From contig JBDHVY010000001.1 in the NCBI GenBank assembly GCA_039809905.1, positions 540,001 through 572,000 on the forward strand: 32,000 bases of DNA, read 5' to 3'. Positions 17,697 through 27,161 of this stretch are shown here, one piece after another (position 1 is the first letter of the stretch; every line of letters begins with the position of its first letter). Source of the stretch: Candidatus Babelota bacterium. Its GTDB lineage: Bacteria > Babelota > Babeliae > Babelales > Vermiphilaceae. The notes under the pieces are model-generated. The model was not told the origin of the DNA. It saw only the letters and a list, made by a program, of their open reading frames with translations, and ran no database searches. The position numbers and the translations under genes are program-made.

Positions 17697-18215
17697 ATGA
17701 AATATTCAATAAAAGCAATAATCGGCCTGGGCAATCCAGGCGCCAAATATCATCATAACAGACACAATATCGGTTTTCTTGTTCTTGATGCTCTGGCAGA
17801 AAAATATAATAGCGGATGGCAAAAAAAAACAGACCAAGAAGTAGCAGAATGTATCATTAATGGACAAAAAATAATACTCATCAAACCACAAACATTTATG
17901 AATAGTTCTGGTAAAATCATTCCTTCATTAGCAAAACAAGGAATAAAAGCAGAAAACATTTTGGTGGTTCATGATGAATTAGAAAAACCATTTGCAAGCC
18001 TTGCAATCAAAACAGGCGGAAGTCACCGTGGACATAATGGATTACGCTCAATTATAGAGGCTTGTGGAGCAGAATTTCATCGTTTACGTTTTGGTATTGG
18101 TCGTCCAGAAAATAAGGAAGATGTACCAGATTATGTATTAAGTAATTTTTCTAAGAATGAGATTATTCAACCAATTATTGATCAAGCTATTGAAATGATT
18201 GAAAAAGCAGTATAA
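17697..18215 (+). CDS. pth: Peptidyl-tRNA hydrolase
   Basis: IIGLGNPGAKYHHNRHNIGF, VVHDELE, GGSHRGHNGLRSI. Starts 4 nt after the preceding gene. Confidence 0.95.
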   Translation: MKYSIKAIIGLGNPGAKYHHNRHNIGFLVLDALAEKYNSGWQKKTDQEVAECIINGQKIILIKPQTFMNSSGKIIPSLAKQGIKAENILVVHDELEKPFASLAIKTGGSHRGHNGLRSIIEACGAEFHRLRFGIGRPENKEDVPDYVLSNFSKNEIIQPIIDQAIEMIEKAV

Positions 18216-18241
18216 AAAAAGGGTTCGGTGCGAACCCTTTA
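18214..18241. terminator. Bidirectional intrinsic terminator
   Basis: aaaaaaa-GGGTTCG-gtg-CGAACCC-ttta between convergent pth (+) and 18249..18545 (-). Confidence 0.75.
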
Positions 18242-18248
18242 TAATAAC

Positions 18249-18545
18249 TTATCTTCCTGTGCCAGGTTTATGTGTTTGCTTAGGAACTTTTTGGTGTTTT
18301 GGGATATTATTGCAATATCGGCCAGTACGAAATGCTTTTGCTTTATCCTCATAAGGATAATTTGTATGGCATCTAGCAAAATGACCTATCATAAGCAACA
18401 AATTCTGCTGCTCAGCAGAAATTACTTGTTGCCTATTTTCAAAGGTAGTAACATTATTTTTTGCTTTCCAGCTATTTTCGAATGAATTTTGATTCATTGC
18501 ATAACTGGAACTAACACACATCATAAGCATTAGTGCTTTTTTCAT
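18249..18545 (-). CDS. Hypothetical small exported protein (orphan), 98 aa
   Basis: Signal-like MKKALMLMMCVSSSYA. Basic C-terminus. No family recognised. Lies just upstream of alaS in transcription order (its stop is 11 nt... its start-proximal neighbour is the alaS stop at 18557). Confidence 0.45.
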   Translation of the reverse strand: MKKALMLMMCVSSSYAMNQNSFENSWKAKNNVTTFENRQQVISAEQQNLLLMIGHFARCHTNYPYEDKAKAFRTGRYCNNIPKHQKVPKQTHKPGTGR

Positions 18546-18556
18546 TATTAATTTCC

Positions 18557-21157
18557 CTATTTATTATTCTTCAGCCACTCTTTAATCATATCACCAAGTT
18601 GTGGATTAAATTTCTCTCCTCCACCTTGAATACTATTTTTTGAACCACCGCCACGAAGGCCTTGTGTTTGCAACCATGAAGCAAATTGTTTCATATCAAC
18701 TGCATGCGCAAACTGAGAAGAAATTGCTGTATAAAACGATACAGGCTCATGAGTTGTGCCATGATTATAAATAAAATATAATCCTGGTTGTTTTTGATCA
18801 AACTGAGCTACAAGCATACGCATGTCTTCTGCAGCCATTCCTGTATTATACACACATAAAAATGGAATATTATTGATCAGTTCAATCTGTTGAAGCATAT
18901 GCGGAATTTGCGCACTCAGTGATTGTTGTTTTAATTGTTTAACTTCTTGCTGCAAACTTTTTAATTGTTCTTTCTGTTTAACAATAGCTTCAAGAACATC
19001 TTCACGCTTAACTTTATAATCTTGGCTTAATGATTTTACTGCATTAAAAGCTTCTTGGAATAAATCAATTGCACGCGGCCCTGTTACTGCAAAGATACGA
19101 CGATGCCCTGCTGAAAGTGCAACACTTTCGGTGATTTTAAATGTACCAATATCACCAGTTGCATGCACATGCGTACCACCACATAATTCAACAGAAAAGT
19201 CATCAACTTGCACCATACGGACATTTTCTGGTTTGTATTTTTCACCAAAAAAGGCTAATGCACCTTTTTGTTGTGCTTCTTTTAAACTGCAATATTCAAT
19301 AACAACGGGAATATTTTGACGTATTTTTTCATTAACTAAATCTTCAACTCGTTTAATATCTTCAGCTGAAAGTTGTTGATGATAGGTAAAATCAAAACGT
19401 AAATAATCAGGATGAACAAGAGAACCAGATTGCTGGATTTGCTTACCAAAGAGCTCAATCAATGCCGCTTGCAATAAATGTGTTCCTGTGTGATTTTTCA
19501 TCGCATTAGTACGCCATGTTTTATCCACACGAGAAATAACTGTATCTCCAACAGAAAGAGAAGTAGGAGCCACAATTTTTGCAGCAATCGCGTTTCCAAT
19601 AAATCGCACTTCTGTTATTGGTGTTTCCACACCATTAAACGTCAACCAACCTTGATCAGGAACTTGGCCACCACCAACGATAAAGAATGGTGATTGTTGT
19701 GCAATTACATATGCAGTTTGCCCAGGAAATACTGTTTCAACTAATTGATTATCAGCAACAAGCGCTGCAATAGTTGATGTTGTTTCTAATTCTTTGTATC
19801 CCGTAAATTCTGATGCTATATTAACTTCTAATTGCGCAAGTTCATCAATAACTTTTTTACCTGATTGATTTTGCTGTTTAACCATCTCTACATCAAAGCC
19901 ATCCATATCAACGGAATAGCCTTTATGACGAGCAACAGCACCAATCAGTTCTATCGGAAAACCATACGTATCATATAACTTGAATGTTTGTTCACCCGTA
20001 ATAATTTTATTATCTTTTGATTCTTCAAGATATTTTTCTAAAACAATATTGCCGCGAATAAGATTTGCTGAGAATTTTTCAATCTCACTTTTTAAGATAG
20101 TGTAAATCAGTTCTTGATTGGTACGTAGCTCAGGATAAATATCTCCAAACTCTTGCACAACAACACGGGATAATTCTGGAAAAATATTTTTATCGGTTAG
20201 CTTTTGTACAAATAAAGCTGCTCGACGAATAATTTTACGAAGCACATATCCGCGACCATCATTAGTTGGTGCACAACCATCTGCAATAATCATTGTTGAA
20301 GAACGAATATGATCAGCTATGACATGAAATGCTGCTTTATGTTCGCCCTGCTGATCTTTATAAACTACGCCAGTAAGTTCTTCTATTTTTGATAAAATAG
20401 AAGCAAAAATATCGGTGTTATAAACTGAATCTTGACCCTGCACAACACTACAAATTCTTTCTAAGCCCATACCAGTATCAACACCAGTTTGCTTAAGAGG
20501 TTTAAATGTGCCATCAAGTTGACGATCAAATTGCATAAATACAAGGTTCCATACTTCTAAAAATCGATCACAGTCACATCCGGGACCACATTCTGCTATA
20601 TCAGCATGACCGTATTGCGCGCCACGATCTACATAAATTTCTGTACAAGGACCACAAGGACCAACATCACCCATCTGCCAAAAGTTATCTTTTGCTCCAA
20701 GGCGATAAATGCGTTGAGCAGGAACTTGTATATCGGTATTCCATATTTGAAAGGCTTCATCATCAGTTTCAAAGATAGAAATGTATAAAGTTTCAGGATT
20801 AAGATTTACTTCTTTTGTTAAAAAATCCCATGCATAGCGTATTGCATCTTTTTTAAAGTAATCACCAAAAGAAAAATTGCCCATCATTTCAAAAAAGGTA
20901 AGATGTCGCTTGGTGAACCCAACATTATCCAAATCATTATGTTTGCCACCAGCACGAACACATTTTTGGATACTAACAGCTCGGTTATAGCTTCGTTTTT
21001 CAAGCCCTAAAAAAAGATCCTTAAATTGATTCATGCCAGCGTTGGCAAAAAGAATTGTAGGATCTTGAGCAGGAATTAGTGAAGAACTTGCAACTGATTC
21101 ATGGCCATTTCTAACAAAAAATTGTATAAATTTATTTCTAATTTCTCGTGAATTCAT
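18557..21157 (-). CDS. alaS: Alanyl-tRNA synthetase
   Basis: FANAGMNQFK, QKCVRAGGKHNDLDNVGFTKRHLTFFEMMGNFSFGDYFK, editing-domain HTGTHLL ... CGGTHV, and a C-terminal DHHA1-like tail. Confidence 0.95.
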   Translation of the reverse strand: MNSREIRNKFIQFFVRNGHESVASSSLIPAQDPTILFANAGMNQFKDLFLGLEKRSYNRAVSIQKCVRAGGKHNDLDNVGFTKRHLTFFEMMGNFSFGDYFKKDAIRYAWDFLTKEVNLNPETLYISIFETDDEAFQIWNTDIQVPAQRIYRLGAKDNFWQMGDVGPCGPCTEIYVDRGAQYGHADIAECGPGCDCDRFLEVWNLVFMQFDRQLDGTFKPLKQTGVDTGMGLERICSVVQGQDSVYNTDIFASILSKIEELTGVVYKDQQGEHKAAFHVIADHIRSSTMIIADGCAPTNDGRGYVLRKIIRRAALFVQKLTDKNIFPELSRVVVQEFGDIYPELRTNQELIYTILKSEIEKFSANLIRGNIVLEKYLEESKDNKIITGEQTFKLYDTYGFPIELIGAVARHKGYSVDMDGFDVEMVKQQNQSGKKVIDELAQLEVNIASEFTGYKELETTSTIAALVADNQLVETVFPGQTAYVIAQQSPFFIVGGGQVPDQGWLTFNGVETPITEVRFIGNAIAAKIVAPTSLSVGDTVISRVDKTWRTNAMKNHTGTHLLQAALIELFGKQIQQSGSLVHPDYLRFDFTYHQQLSAEDIKRVEDLVNEKIRQNIPVVIEYCSLKEAQQKGALAFFGEKYKPENVRMVQVDDFSVELCGGTHVHATGDIGTFKITESVALSAGHRRIFAVTGPRAIDLFQEAFNAVKSLSQDYKVKREDVLEAIVKQKEQLKSLQQEVKQLKQQSLSAQIPHMLQQIELINNIPFLCVYNTGMAAEDMRMLVAQFDQKQPGLYFIYNHGTTHEPVSFYTAISSQFAHAVDMKQFASWLQTQGLRGGGSKNSIQGGGEKFNPQLGDMIKEWLKNNK

Positions 21158-21268
21158 CTTTTTATCCTGATTATAACCCTATTGCCCCCGTATTTTATTA
21201 CATCTCTTAGTATTCCATAAATTAGAATAAGTTAAAAGGGTCGCAGGAAAGCGGGAAAAAAAGAAGAA

Positions 21269-21946
21269 TTAGGTCATAACCTGGCTTTTTCTTAAAGCCT
21301 CATAGATTAAGCTCGGAACACGAGATTTAATCTTTTGGTATCTATCACCACGAAGAGCATAACGGACTATTCTTTTAGTGTCTTTATCTTGCAGTATGCC
21401 AAGCAGTGGATGTTCTTCGGGTTTAACAGTAGTTAAGGCCCCGCGATTTTCCAGCATTTTATCTATAAGTAACCCATTACGAAGCATTCTTGATGGATAA
21501 TAAAAATACGCATAACTTTTATAGTCGAGCGGCGGATTATCATAACTTGCTACTTTGGATATATAACGAACAATACAATTAACCAAAGGAATTATAGTAT
21601 GTTTATGATAAATAATATTAAAATCACGGACAGGTCTACCATCTAAATCAGTCATATTAACGTTTGCACCCCATTGCAAAAACAATGTTGCTAACACAGG
21701 ATTGCTCATTCGCACAGCTTTCATAAGCGGCGTTGTTTTGTACATAGGTGATACATAATTAGGATCAGCTCCCAAAGAAAGCAGTTCTTTTATGCTTTTT
21801 ATATCGTAAGGATTATTAACTATCGCGCAAGAAAGACTAAGATTCGGATCTTTCTTTCTTTTTTTATCAACGCCTTCCACAATATCCATTGTTTGAATAA
21901 TACTAACAATAGATAAGCATGTACTAAGCATTACTCGTTTTATCAT
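21269..21946 (-). CDS. Ankyrin-repeat protein with N-terminal signal-like segment
   Basis: ANK consensus stretches: IKELLSLGADPNY, TPLMKAVRMSNPVLATLFLQWGANVNMTDLDGRP. N-terminus MIKRVMLSTCLSIVSIIQT. Good SD (aaggaag). Confidence 0.75.
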   Translation of the reverse strand: MIKRVMLSTCLSIVSIIQTMDIVEGVDKKRKKDPNLSLSCAIVNNPYDIKSIKELLSLGADPNYVSPMYKTTPLMKAVRMSNPVLATLFLQWGANVNMTDLDGRPVRDFNIIYHKHTIIPLVNCIVRYISKVASYDNPPLDYKSYAYFYYPSRMLRNGLLIDKMLENRGALTTVKPEEHPLLGILQDKDTKRIVRYALRGDRYQKIKSRVPSLIYEALRKSQVMT

Positions 21947-22069
21947 TATATCTTCCTTTTTTTGTATATTTTTTTACTATAAAACGTCGACTCATTAAAA
22001 ACATAGCTTTTTCTCTTTTTTTGCTATGCTATTGGTCTATAGCATTCAATTATAAAAAAAGGAGTTGCA

Positions 22070-22999
22070 ATGATACCAGTATTTTTATTAGCCCTATCTA
22101 TAGTTTCTCTCACCTATCATGCAGAAATTTCACCAAAAGCTATCGGACCATATGTAGATTTTGACACAGCAATGAAAAAAAATGTTTTCCCCGATGTTTA
22201 TCAACTAACAGCCCATATTTTTCAAACAGACAGTTATCGCTTATACGATTTTTTCAAAGATCTTTTTGAAATACAGATCCATCAAGAAATAGGAACAGAA
22301 TTAAAAATACCTAAAATAATTCATCAAATTTGGCTTGGAAGCCCTTTTCCAGAAGAATTTAAAGCTCTGCAACAATCATGGATTGACTATCACTTAGATC
22401 GTGGGTGGGTATACAAATTATGGACAGATGAAGATGTTGCACAACTACAATTGCACAACCAAGAATTTTATGATGCAACTGATAATTATGGCGTAAAATC
22501 GGATATTTTACGCTGGGAACTTCTCTATCATTTCGGAGGAGTTTATATTGATACCGATTATGAATGTTTACGAGCTCTTGATGAATTACACTATACGTAT
22601 GATTTCTATACCGCTCTTCAACCACTTGATACCGCATTTATACAACTTGGGGCAGCTCTCGTTGGTTCACGGCCTGGACATCCTATTTTAGAACATTGTA
22701 TTGTAACAATTAAAGATGATTGGCATCACAAAGGAGCTCCGAAAAAAACGGGACCTGTACATTTCACCAAATCATTTTATGCAATAGCTGGAAAAGATGG
22801 CAATAAAGATATCGCGTTTCCCGCATTCTATTTTTATCCACTTGGCTGCAGAGAAACAAATGACAATAGATGCACATGGATAGAGCAAGGCTCCTTTGCG
22901 GTGCATTGGTGGGCAAAAAGTTGGATGCCACAAAATTATCGCCCTATGCTTTCTAGAAACATAGATAATGCATTATCAGCTCAAAGTTGGAATGATTAA
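22070..22999 (+). CDS. GT32-like glycosyltransferase (DXD sugar-binding region family)
   Basis: IPKIIHQIWLGSPFP ... WVYKLWTDEDV ... KSDILRWELLYHFGGVYIDTDYECL is the Och1/Gly_transf_sug pattern. N-terminal MIPVFLLALSIVSLTYHA. Strong SD aaggag. Confidence 0.7.
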   Translation: MIPVFLLALSIVSLTYHAEISPKAIGPYVDFDTAMKKNVFPDVYQLTAHIFQTDSYRLYDFFKDLFEIQIHQEIGTELKIPKIIHQIWLGSPFPEEFKALQQSWIDYHLDRGWVYKLWTDEDVAQLQLHNQEFYDATDNYGVKSDILRWELLYHFGGVYIDTDYECLRALDELHYTYDFYTALQPLDTAFIQLGAALVGSRPGHPILEHCIVTIKDDWHHKGAPKKTGPVHFTKSFYAIAGKDGNKDIAFPAFYFYPLGCRETNDNRCTWIEQGSFAVHWWAKSWMPQNYRPMLSRNIDNALSAQSWND

Positions 23000-23022
23000 A
23001 ATAATCTCCAAAAATATAATAT

Positions 23023-23067
23023 AAAAAAAGGTTATGAACGTGTTGACTAACATTCATAACCTTTTTA
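23023..23067. terminator. Bidirectional intrinsic terminator between GT32-like (+) and ugd (-)
   Basis: A-run, AGGTTATGAA (23029-38) / TTCATAACCT (23053-62), then tttt. Confidence 0.65.
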
Positions 23068-23102
23068 CTTAAACACTCTTTGCTTTACATGTTTACGTGA
23101 AA

Positions 23103-24602
23103 TTAACTTTCTTTTTTCAATGAAAATCTACTTGATGGCGTACGCTTGCGAAGATAAATAGGAACCAGTTTACGTAAGTATTCATTACGCTTTTTACACA
23201 AATATGATTGACCTATTGCATCACAAGCAAACCCAAGCTGTTTAAGCATTTCAGGATTAACAATATTACGCGCATCAACAATAATTGCATTCTTCATATT
23301 TTTTTTAAGACGTCTAAAATCTATCTGTTTAATCTGATCCCAATCAGTCATGATAATCACTGCGTCAGCATCTACCGTTGCTTCATATGGTGAGTGGCAA
23401 TACAATAAATCAGGAAAAATTTTGCACATATTATCAATAGCAATTGGGTCATATGCTTTAACAATAGCACCTTGTTGTAATAAAAGCTCAATTGTTTTAA
23501 TTGAAGGAGAATAGCGAACATCATCAGTATTTGCTTTAAATGCAAGCCCCAAAACAGCTACTGTTTTACCCGCTATATTTTCGCCCAGTTCTTTAAGCAT
23601 GAGTGTTTGCAATTTTTCAACAGGTTTTCCTTGTTGCGTTGCATTGACATCAAGCGCTGCTTGAACGGTATGAAAGGGTAATTTATGTTGACGAGCAATA
23701 TGAACTATTGCTTGAGAATCTTTTGGAAAGCAAGATCCTCCAAAACCAGGACCTGGATTAAGAAACGCAGGGCTAATTCTATGATCTAACCCCATTGCAT
23801 ATGCAACCGTTTTGACATCTGCATCAGTAGCGTCGCAAAGGTTAGCAATTTCATTAATGTAACTTATTTTTACCGACAAAAATGCGTTAGATGCATATTT
23901 AATCATTTCTGCTGTTTGAACATCAGTAAGTACATGTGGTGTACCGCCAGTAATGAGTGTTTCATATACTTCACATAATGCAATTAACGCACTATCAGAA
24001 TCTGTTCCAATAACAAGTCTATCGGGATACAGAAAATCATTAACCGCAAGGCCTTCACGCAAAAATTCAGGATTAGAAACAATACTAAATAAATGAGGAT
24101 CTATACCATATTTATCCTCTAATTGTGCTCGTATTTTTTTACCTGTACCTATTGGAACAGTACTTTTAGTTACGATAATTTTATATGAAGTAATATTTTC
24201 AGCGATTGTTCTGATAACTCCATCAATGTATGATAAATCAGCACTGCCATCATCGCCCATAGGTGTTCCAACAGCAATAAAAATAATATCTCCCATGATG
24301 ATTGCATCTACAACATTATCAGTAAACATAAGCCGTTCTGCATCAACATTGCGCGCAACCAGTTCTTGCAAACCTATTTCATAAATCGGCATAATTCCGT
24401 TGTGCAACATTTCTATTTTTTTTGTATCAATATCGGCACAAATAACTGAATTGCCAATCTCCGCAAGACATGCTCCAGAAACAAGCCCTACATAGCCTGT
24501 TCCTATTACCGTAATTATTTTATCGCTTTGTGCATTAATAAATAATGGCGGCAACAATAATAATCCAATAAAGAAATGTTTGCGAGCAACTGATGAAAAC
24601 AT
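23103..24602 (-). CDS. ugd: UDP-glucose 6-dehydrogenase with N-terminal hydrophobic and C-terminal basic extensions
   Basis: VIGTGYVGLVSGACLAEIGN (Rossmann), NPEFLREG, GGSCFPKD (catalytic Cys). The ORF opens at 24629, but AAGGAG sits 6 nt before the ATG at 24602 (MFSSVARKHFFIGLLLLPPLFINAQS...). Confidence 0.9.
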   Translation of the reverse strand: MFSSVARKHFFIGLLLLPPLFINAQSDKIITVIGTGYVGLVSGACLAEIGNSVICADIDTKKIEMLHNGIMPIYEIGLQELVARNVDAERLMFTDNVVDAIIMGDIIFIAVGTPMGDDGSADLSYIDGVIRTIAENITSYKIIVTKSTVPIGTGKKIRAQLEDKYGIDPHLFSIVSNPEFLREGLAVNDFLYPDRLVIGTDSDSALIALCEVYETLITGGTPHVLTDVQTAEMIKYASNAFLSVKISYINEIANLCDATDADVKTVAYAMGLDHRISPAFLNPGPGFGGSCFPKDSQAIVHIARQHKLPFHTVQAALDVNATQQGKPVEKLQTLMLKELGENIAGKTVAVLGLAFKANTDDVRYSPSIKTIELLLQQGAIVKAYDPIAIDNMCKIFPDLLYCHSPYEATVDADAVIIMTDWDQIKQIDFRRLKKNMKNAIIVDARNIVNPEMLKQLGFACDAIGQSYLCKKRNEYLRKLVPIYLRKRTPSSRFSLKKES

Positions 24603-24798
24603 ACAAGACTCCTTTTTTATAATCTTCACTACTATCTACCTTGAATTGTAGTGTATAAATTGTTTCTTGTTATCAGCAACCTTTTTATCGATATGTTGCA
24701 TTTATTGAGCACATATATAGTAAAAGTTTTTTGTAGAATTTGTTTCTGTTTTTTTGTAATTTATCTAACAATATCATTACAAAGAAAAGGAAATTATA

Positions 24799-26316
24799 AT
24801 GAAATATATAACTACAATACTGCTATTTTTTTTCGCTATGGGGCATCTCATTAATGGCGAATTTCAACCTGCTGTCATAGCAAATGAGCGTCCCATTGTT
24901 GTAGTTGTATGTTCTTATAATAATGGTCAATGGTCAGAAAATACGCTTAAATCTATTTTTACACAAAATTATTCTAATTTTAGAGTAATCATTGTTGATG
25001 ATTGCTCTACCGATAACAACGTTGAAGTTATTCAAAAATTTATTGATGATTATGATCTTTCTGATCGCGTAACATTTATTAAAAATAGTAAGCGCCAACG
25101 TAAATTATTTAATCTTTATCGTGTTCTTTATGATTGTCATGATGATGAAATAGTGTTTATGGTTGATGGAGATGATTCAATAAATGGTTCTGATGTTTTT
25201 TCATATATCAATAGCATCTATAGCGATGAAGATGTCTGGTTTACCTATGGACAATATCGTAATGTTCCTGCATCTCAAGCAATTGCATGGGGCCATAAAG
25301 AAATGGGCTATTGCAGACCAGTACCCAAACATGTTCAGCGAAAACAAGCATATCGTTACTATAGTTTTATTTATATGCATCCTCGATCGTTTCGTGCATG
25401 GCTTTTTAAGATGGTAAAACTTGAAGATCTCATTGCTGATAAAATTGATTCTTTTGAAGGAGACTTTTACCCAGCAAGTAACGATGTTGCCATGTATTTC
25501 CCTATGGTAGAAATGGCACATACTCATATTAAATTTATTCCTGATATTCTTTATATAAGAAATCTATATTCAGAAATAGTTGGTTTTAAAGTTGATCGCA
25601 GAATCCAAACAGCCTCTGCGCGTGAAATTAGAAAAAAAAATAGTTATTCTGTGTTGTTTCAACCAAAAAAGTATAGACTCGATCATTTCGCAAAAGCATC
25701 TGCTGACGTGTTTATGCTGTGCAGAAATAATCTCACTAATATAGAAAGTATTTTGCAGATGATTGGACAAAAAACAACTAATCTGGGAAATATCTATCTC
25801 TTCTTTCAAAATACAATAGATAACAAAAAAATATGTCGTTTTATTAAAAAACGTTTTCCTCATGTTATTTTTGTTCCTTGCGATTTGAATGGCAACAAGG
25901 GCTTAAAAAGTAGACTTTTGGATTGCCTAAGTATAGCAAAAAATGAACACATATTGTTTGTAACAGATAGATCTTCCATCATAAAAAATATAGATTTTTC
26001 ACATTCTATTTTTTGGCTTGAAAAAACATTTGCGTATCGATTTTATTTCAATCGATACGCAACGCATGAAGGAGTACCAAAATTTATTCCACTCACAGAC
26101 AATGTGTGCGCATGGAAAATTAATAATGGCTCAAGCAAATGGAAAGGCACCACGCTTGATGATGCTTTCTTATGCCGAAAAACCTTTTTTTACCATGAAA
26201 TTAAAAAATTAGACTTCAGCAATGCATATAATTTTTTAAAAGAAATTCATTCATTAACACCTGCAACTTGCGTAGGATTATTCCCATATGATCCAACCAT
26301 TAGCGTTGCTAGTTGA
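24799..26316 (+). CDS. Family-2 glycosyltransferase (N-terminal GT2 domain plus ~240-aa unknown C-terminal domain)
   Basis: VVVCSYNNGQWSENTLKSIFTQNYSNFRVIIVDDCSTDN and MVDGDD. N-terminal MKYITTILLFFFAMGHLING. SD aaaagga. Confidence 0.75.
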   Translation: MKYITTILLFFFAMGHLINGEFQPAVIANERPIVVVVCSYNNGQWSENTLKSIFTQNYSNFRVIIVDDCSTDNNVEVIQKFIDDYDLSDRVTFIKNSKRQRKLFNLYRVLYDCHDDEIVFMVDGDDSINGSDVFSYINSIYSDEDVWFTYGQYRNVPASQAIAWGHKEMGYCRPVPKHVQRKQAYRYYSFIYMHPRSFRAWLFKMVKLEDLIADKIDSFEGDFYPASNDVAMYFPMVEMAHTHIKFIPDILYIRNLYSEIVGFKVDRRIQTASAREIRKKNSYSVLFQPKKYRLDHFAKASADVFMLCRNNLTNIESILQMIGQKTTNLGNIYLFFQNTIDNKKICRFIKKRFPHVIFVPCDLNGNKGLKSRLLDCLSIAKNEHILFVTDRSSIIKNIDFSHSIFWLEKTFAYRFYFNRYATHEGVPKFIPLTDNVCAWKINNGSSKWKGTTLDDAFLCRKTFFYHEIKKLDFSNAYNFLKEIHSLTPATCVGLFPYDPTISVAS

Positions 26317-27065
26317 ACCGTTTTGTTTTGCTTGCGCACTCTTTTACGAACATACTCTAATTGGGCAATTTTGTTTTTGATACCTTTGGTCCAATTAGCA
26401 TGATGCATAACAATGCCTGTGGGTACTGGTAAACTTCTTCCCGGCAGCCACAGGTATCCTGTTTTTCCTGTTAATGTTCCACCACCAAAAAAAATATTGG
26501 GTAAATACTCCCATGTCACATCATAAGGATTTTTTTTACTGTTTTTCTTAATACAACGATTAAAAGAATTTTGATCGCTATTAATTTTATCTTTTTGCAT
26601 AAGCTTCTTCACATCAGTCCATAGACGCAATGTTTTTTCATTGCCTCTGCATGCAAAAAAACCTGTACAAAGATCTCCTGCTGGATTATTTCTTTGCATT
26701 ACAATATCTTTGTCCTGCATAAGCTTAGTTATAATATCTTCAATCGGAGCGAAAAATTGAATATCTACATCTGAAAAGATAAACCATGAATCCCAATTTT
26801 CTTTGATCGCATCGATGATAAGATCAACTTTACGTATTGTTGTATCTGTCCATCCCTGACTCATAAATTGCGCAGATGGGCACGTTTGTTCAGCAAATCT
26901 AAAAATAATCTCAAAATCATCTTGTAATGAAGGCAAAAAATATGAATTTTTTAAAATCTCGTGAGAAGGAGTGTATAGTGCATAAAGCTTGATACGATCA
27001 CGAGCATAATTTTCGGTGGCTTGCATTACAATAAGGCATAGCAAGAATATATACATTCTTTTCAT
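26247..27065 (-). CDS. Putative nucleotide-diphospho-sugar transferase (DXD)
   Basis: WFIFSDVDIQFFAP (DXD), DIVMQRNN...LCTGFFACRGNEKT..LW, DQNSFN. N-terminal MKRMYIFLLCLIVMQA. SD aaggaa. The 3' end overlaps the GT2 gene by 70 nt. Confidence 0.5.
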   Translation of the reverse strand: MKRMYIFLLCLIVMQATENYARDRIKLYALYTPSHEILKNSYFLPSLQDDFEIIFRFAEQTCPSAQFMSQGWTDTTIRKVDLIIDAIKENWDSWFIFSDVDIQFFAPIEDIITKLMQDKDIVMQRNNPAGDLCTGFFACRGNEKTLRLWTDVKKLMQKDKINSDQNSFNRCIKKNSKKNPYDVTWEYLPNIFFGGGTLTGKTGYLWLPGRSLPVPTGIVMHHANWTKGIKNKIAQLEYVRKRVRKQNKTVQLATLMVGSYGNNPTQVAGVNE

Positions 27066-27161
27066 AACAATTTCCTTTTTTTTTATGATTGTGTTTTTTT
27101 ATCATGCTTATTACTTTAGCATTAAGCGTACGAAAAAAAAGATTTCAAAAAAAGGGTGGTC

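Noticed and set aside
24651-24854. 67-aa ORF in the ugd/GT2 divergent intergenic region
   Set aside because: It overlaps the well-supported GT2 start with its SD at 24799, and its AT-rich, low-complexity sequence has no SD.
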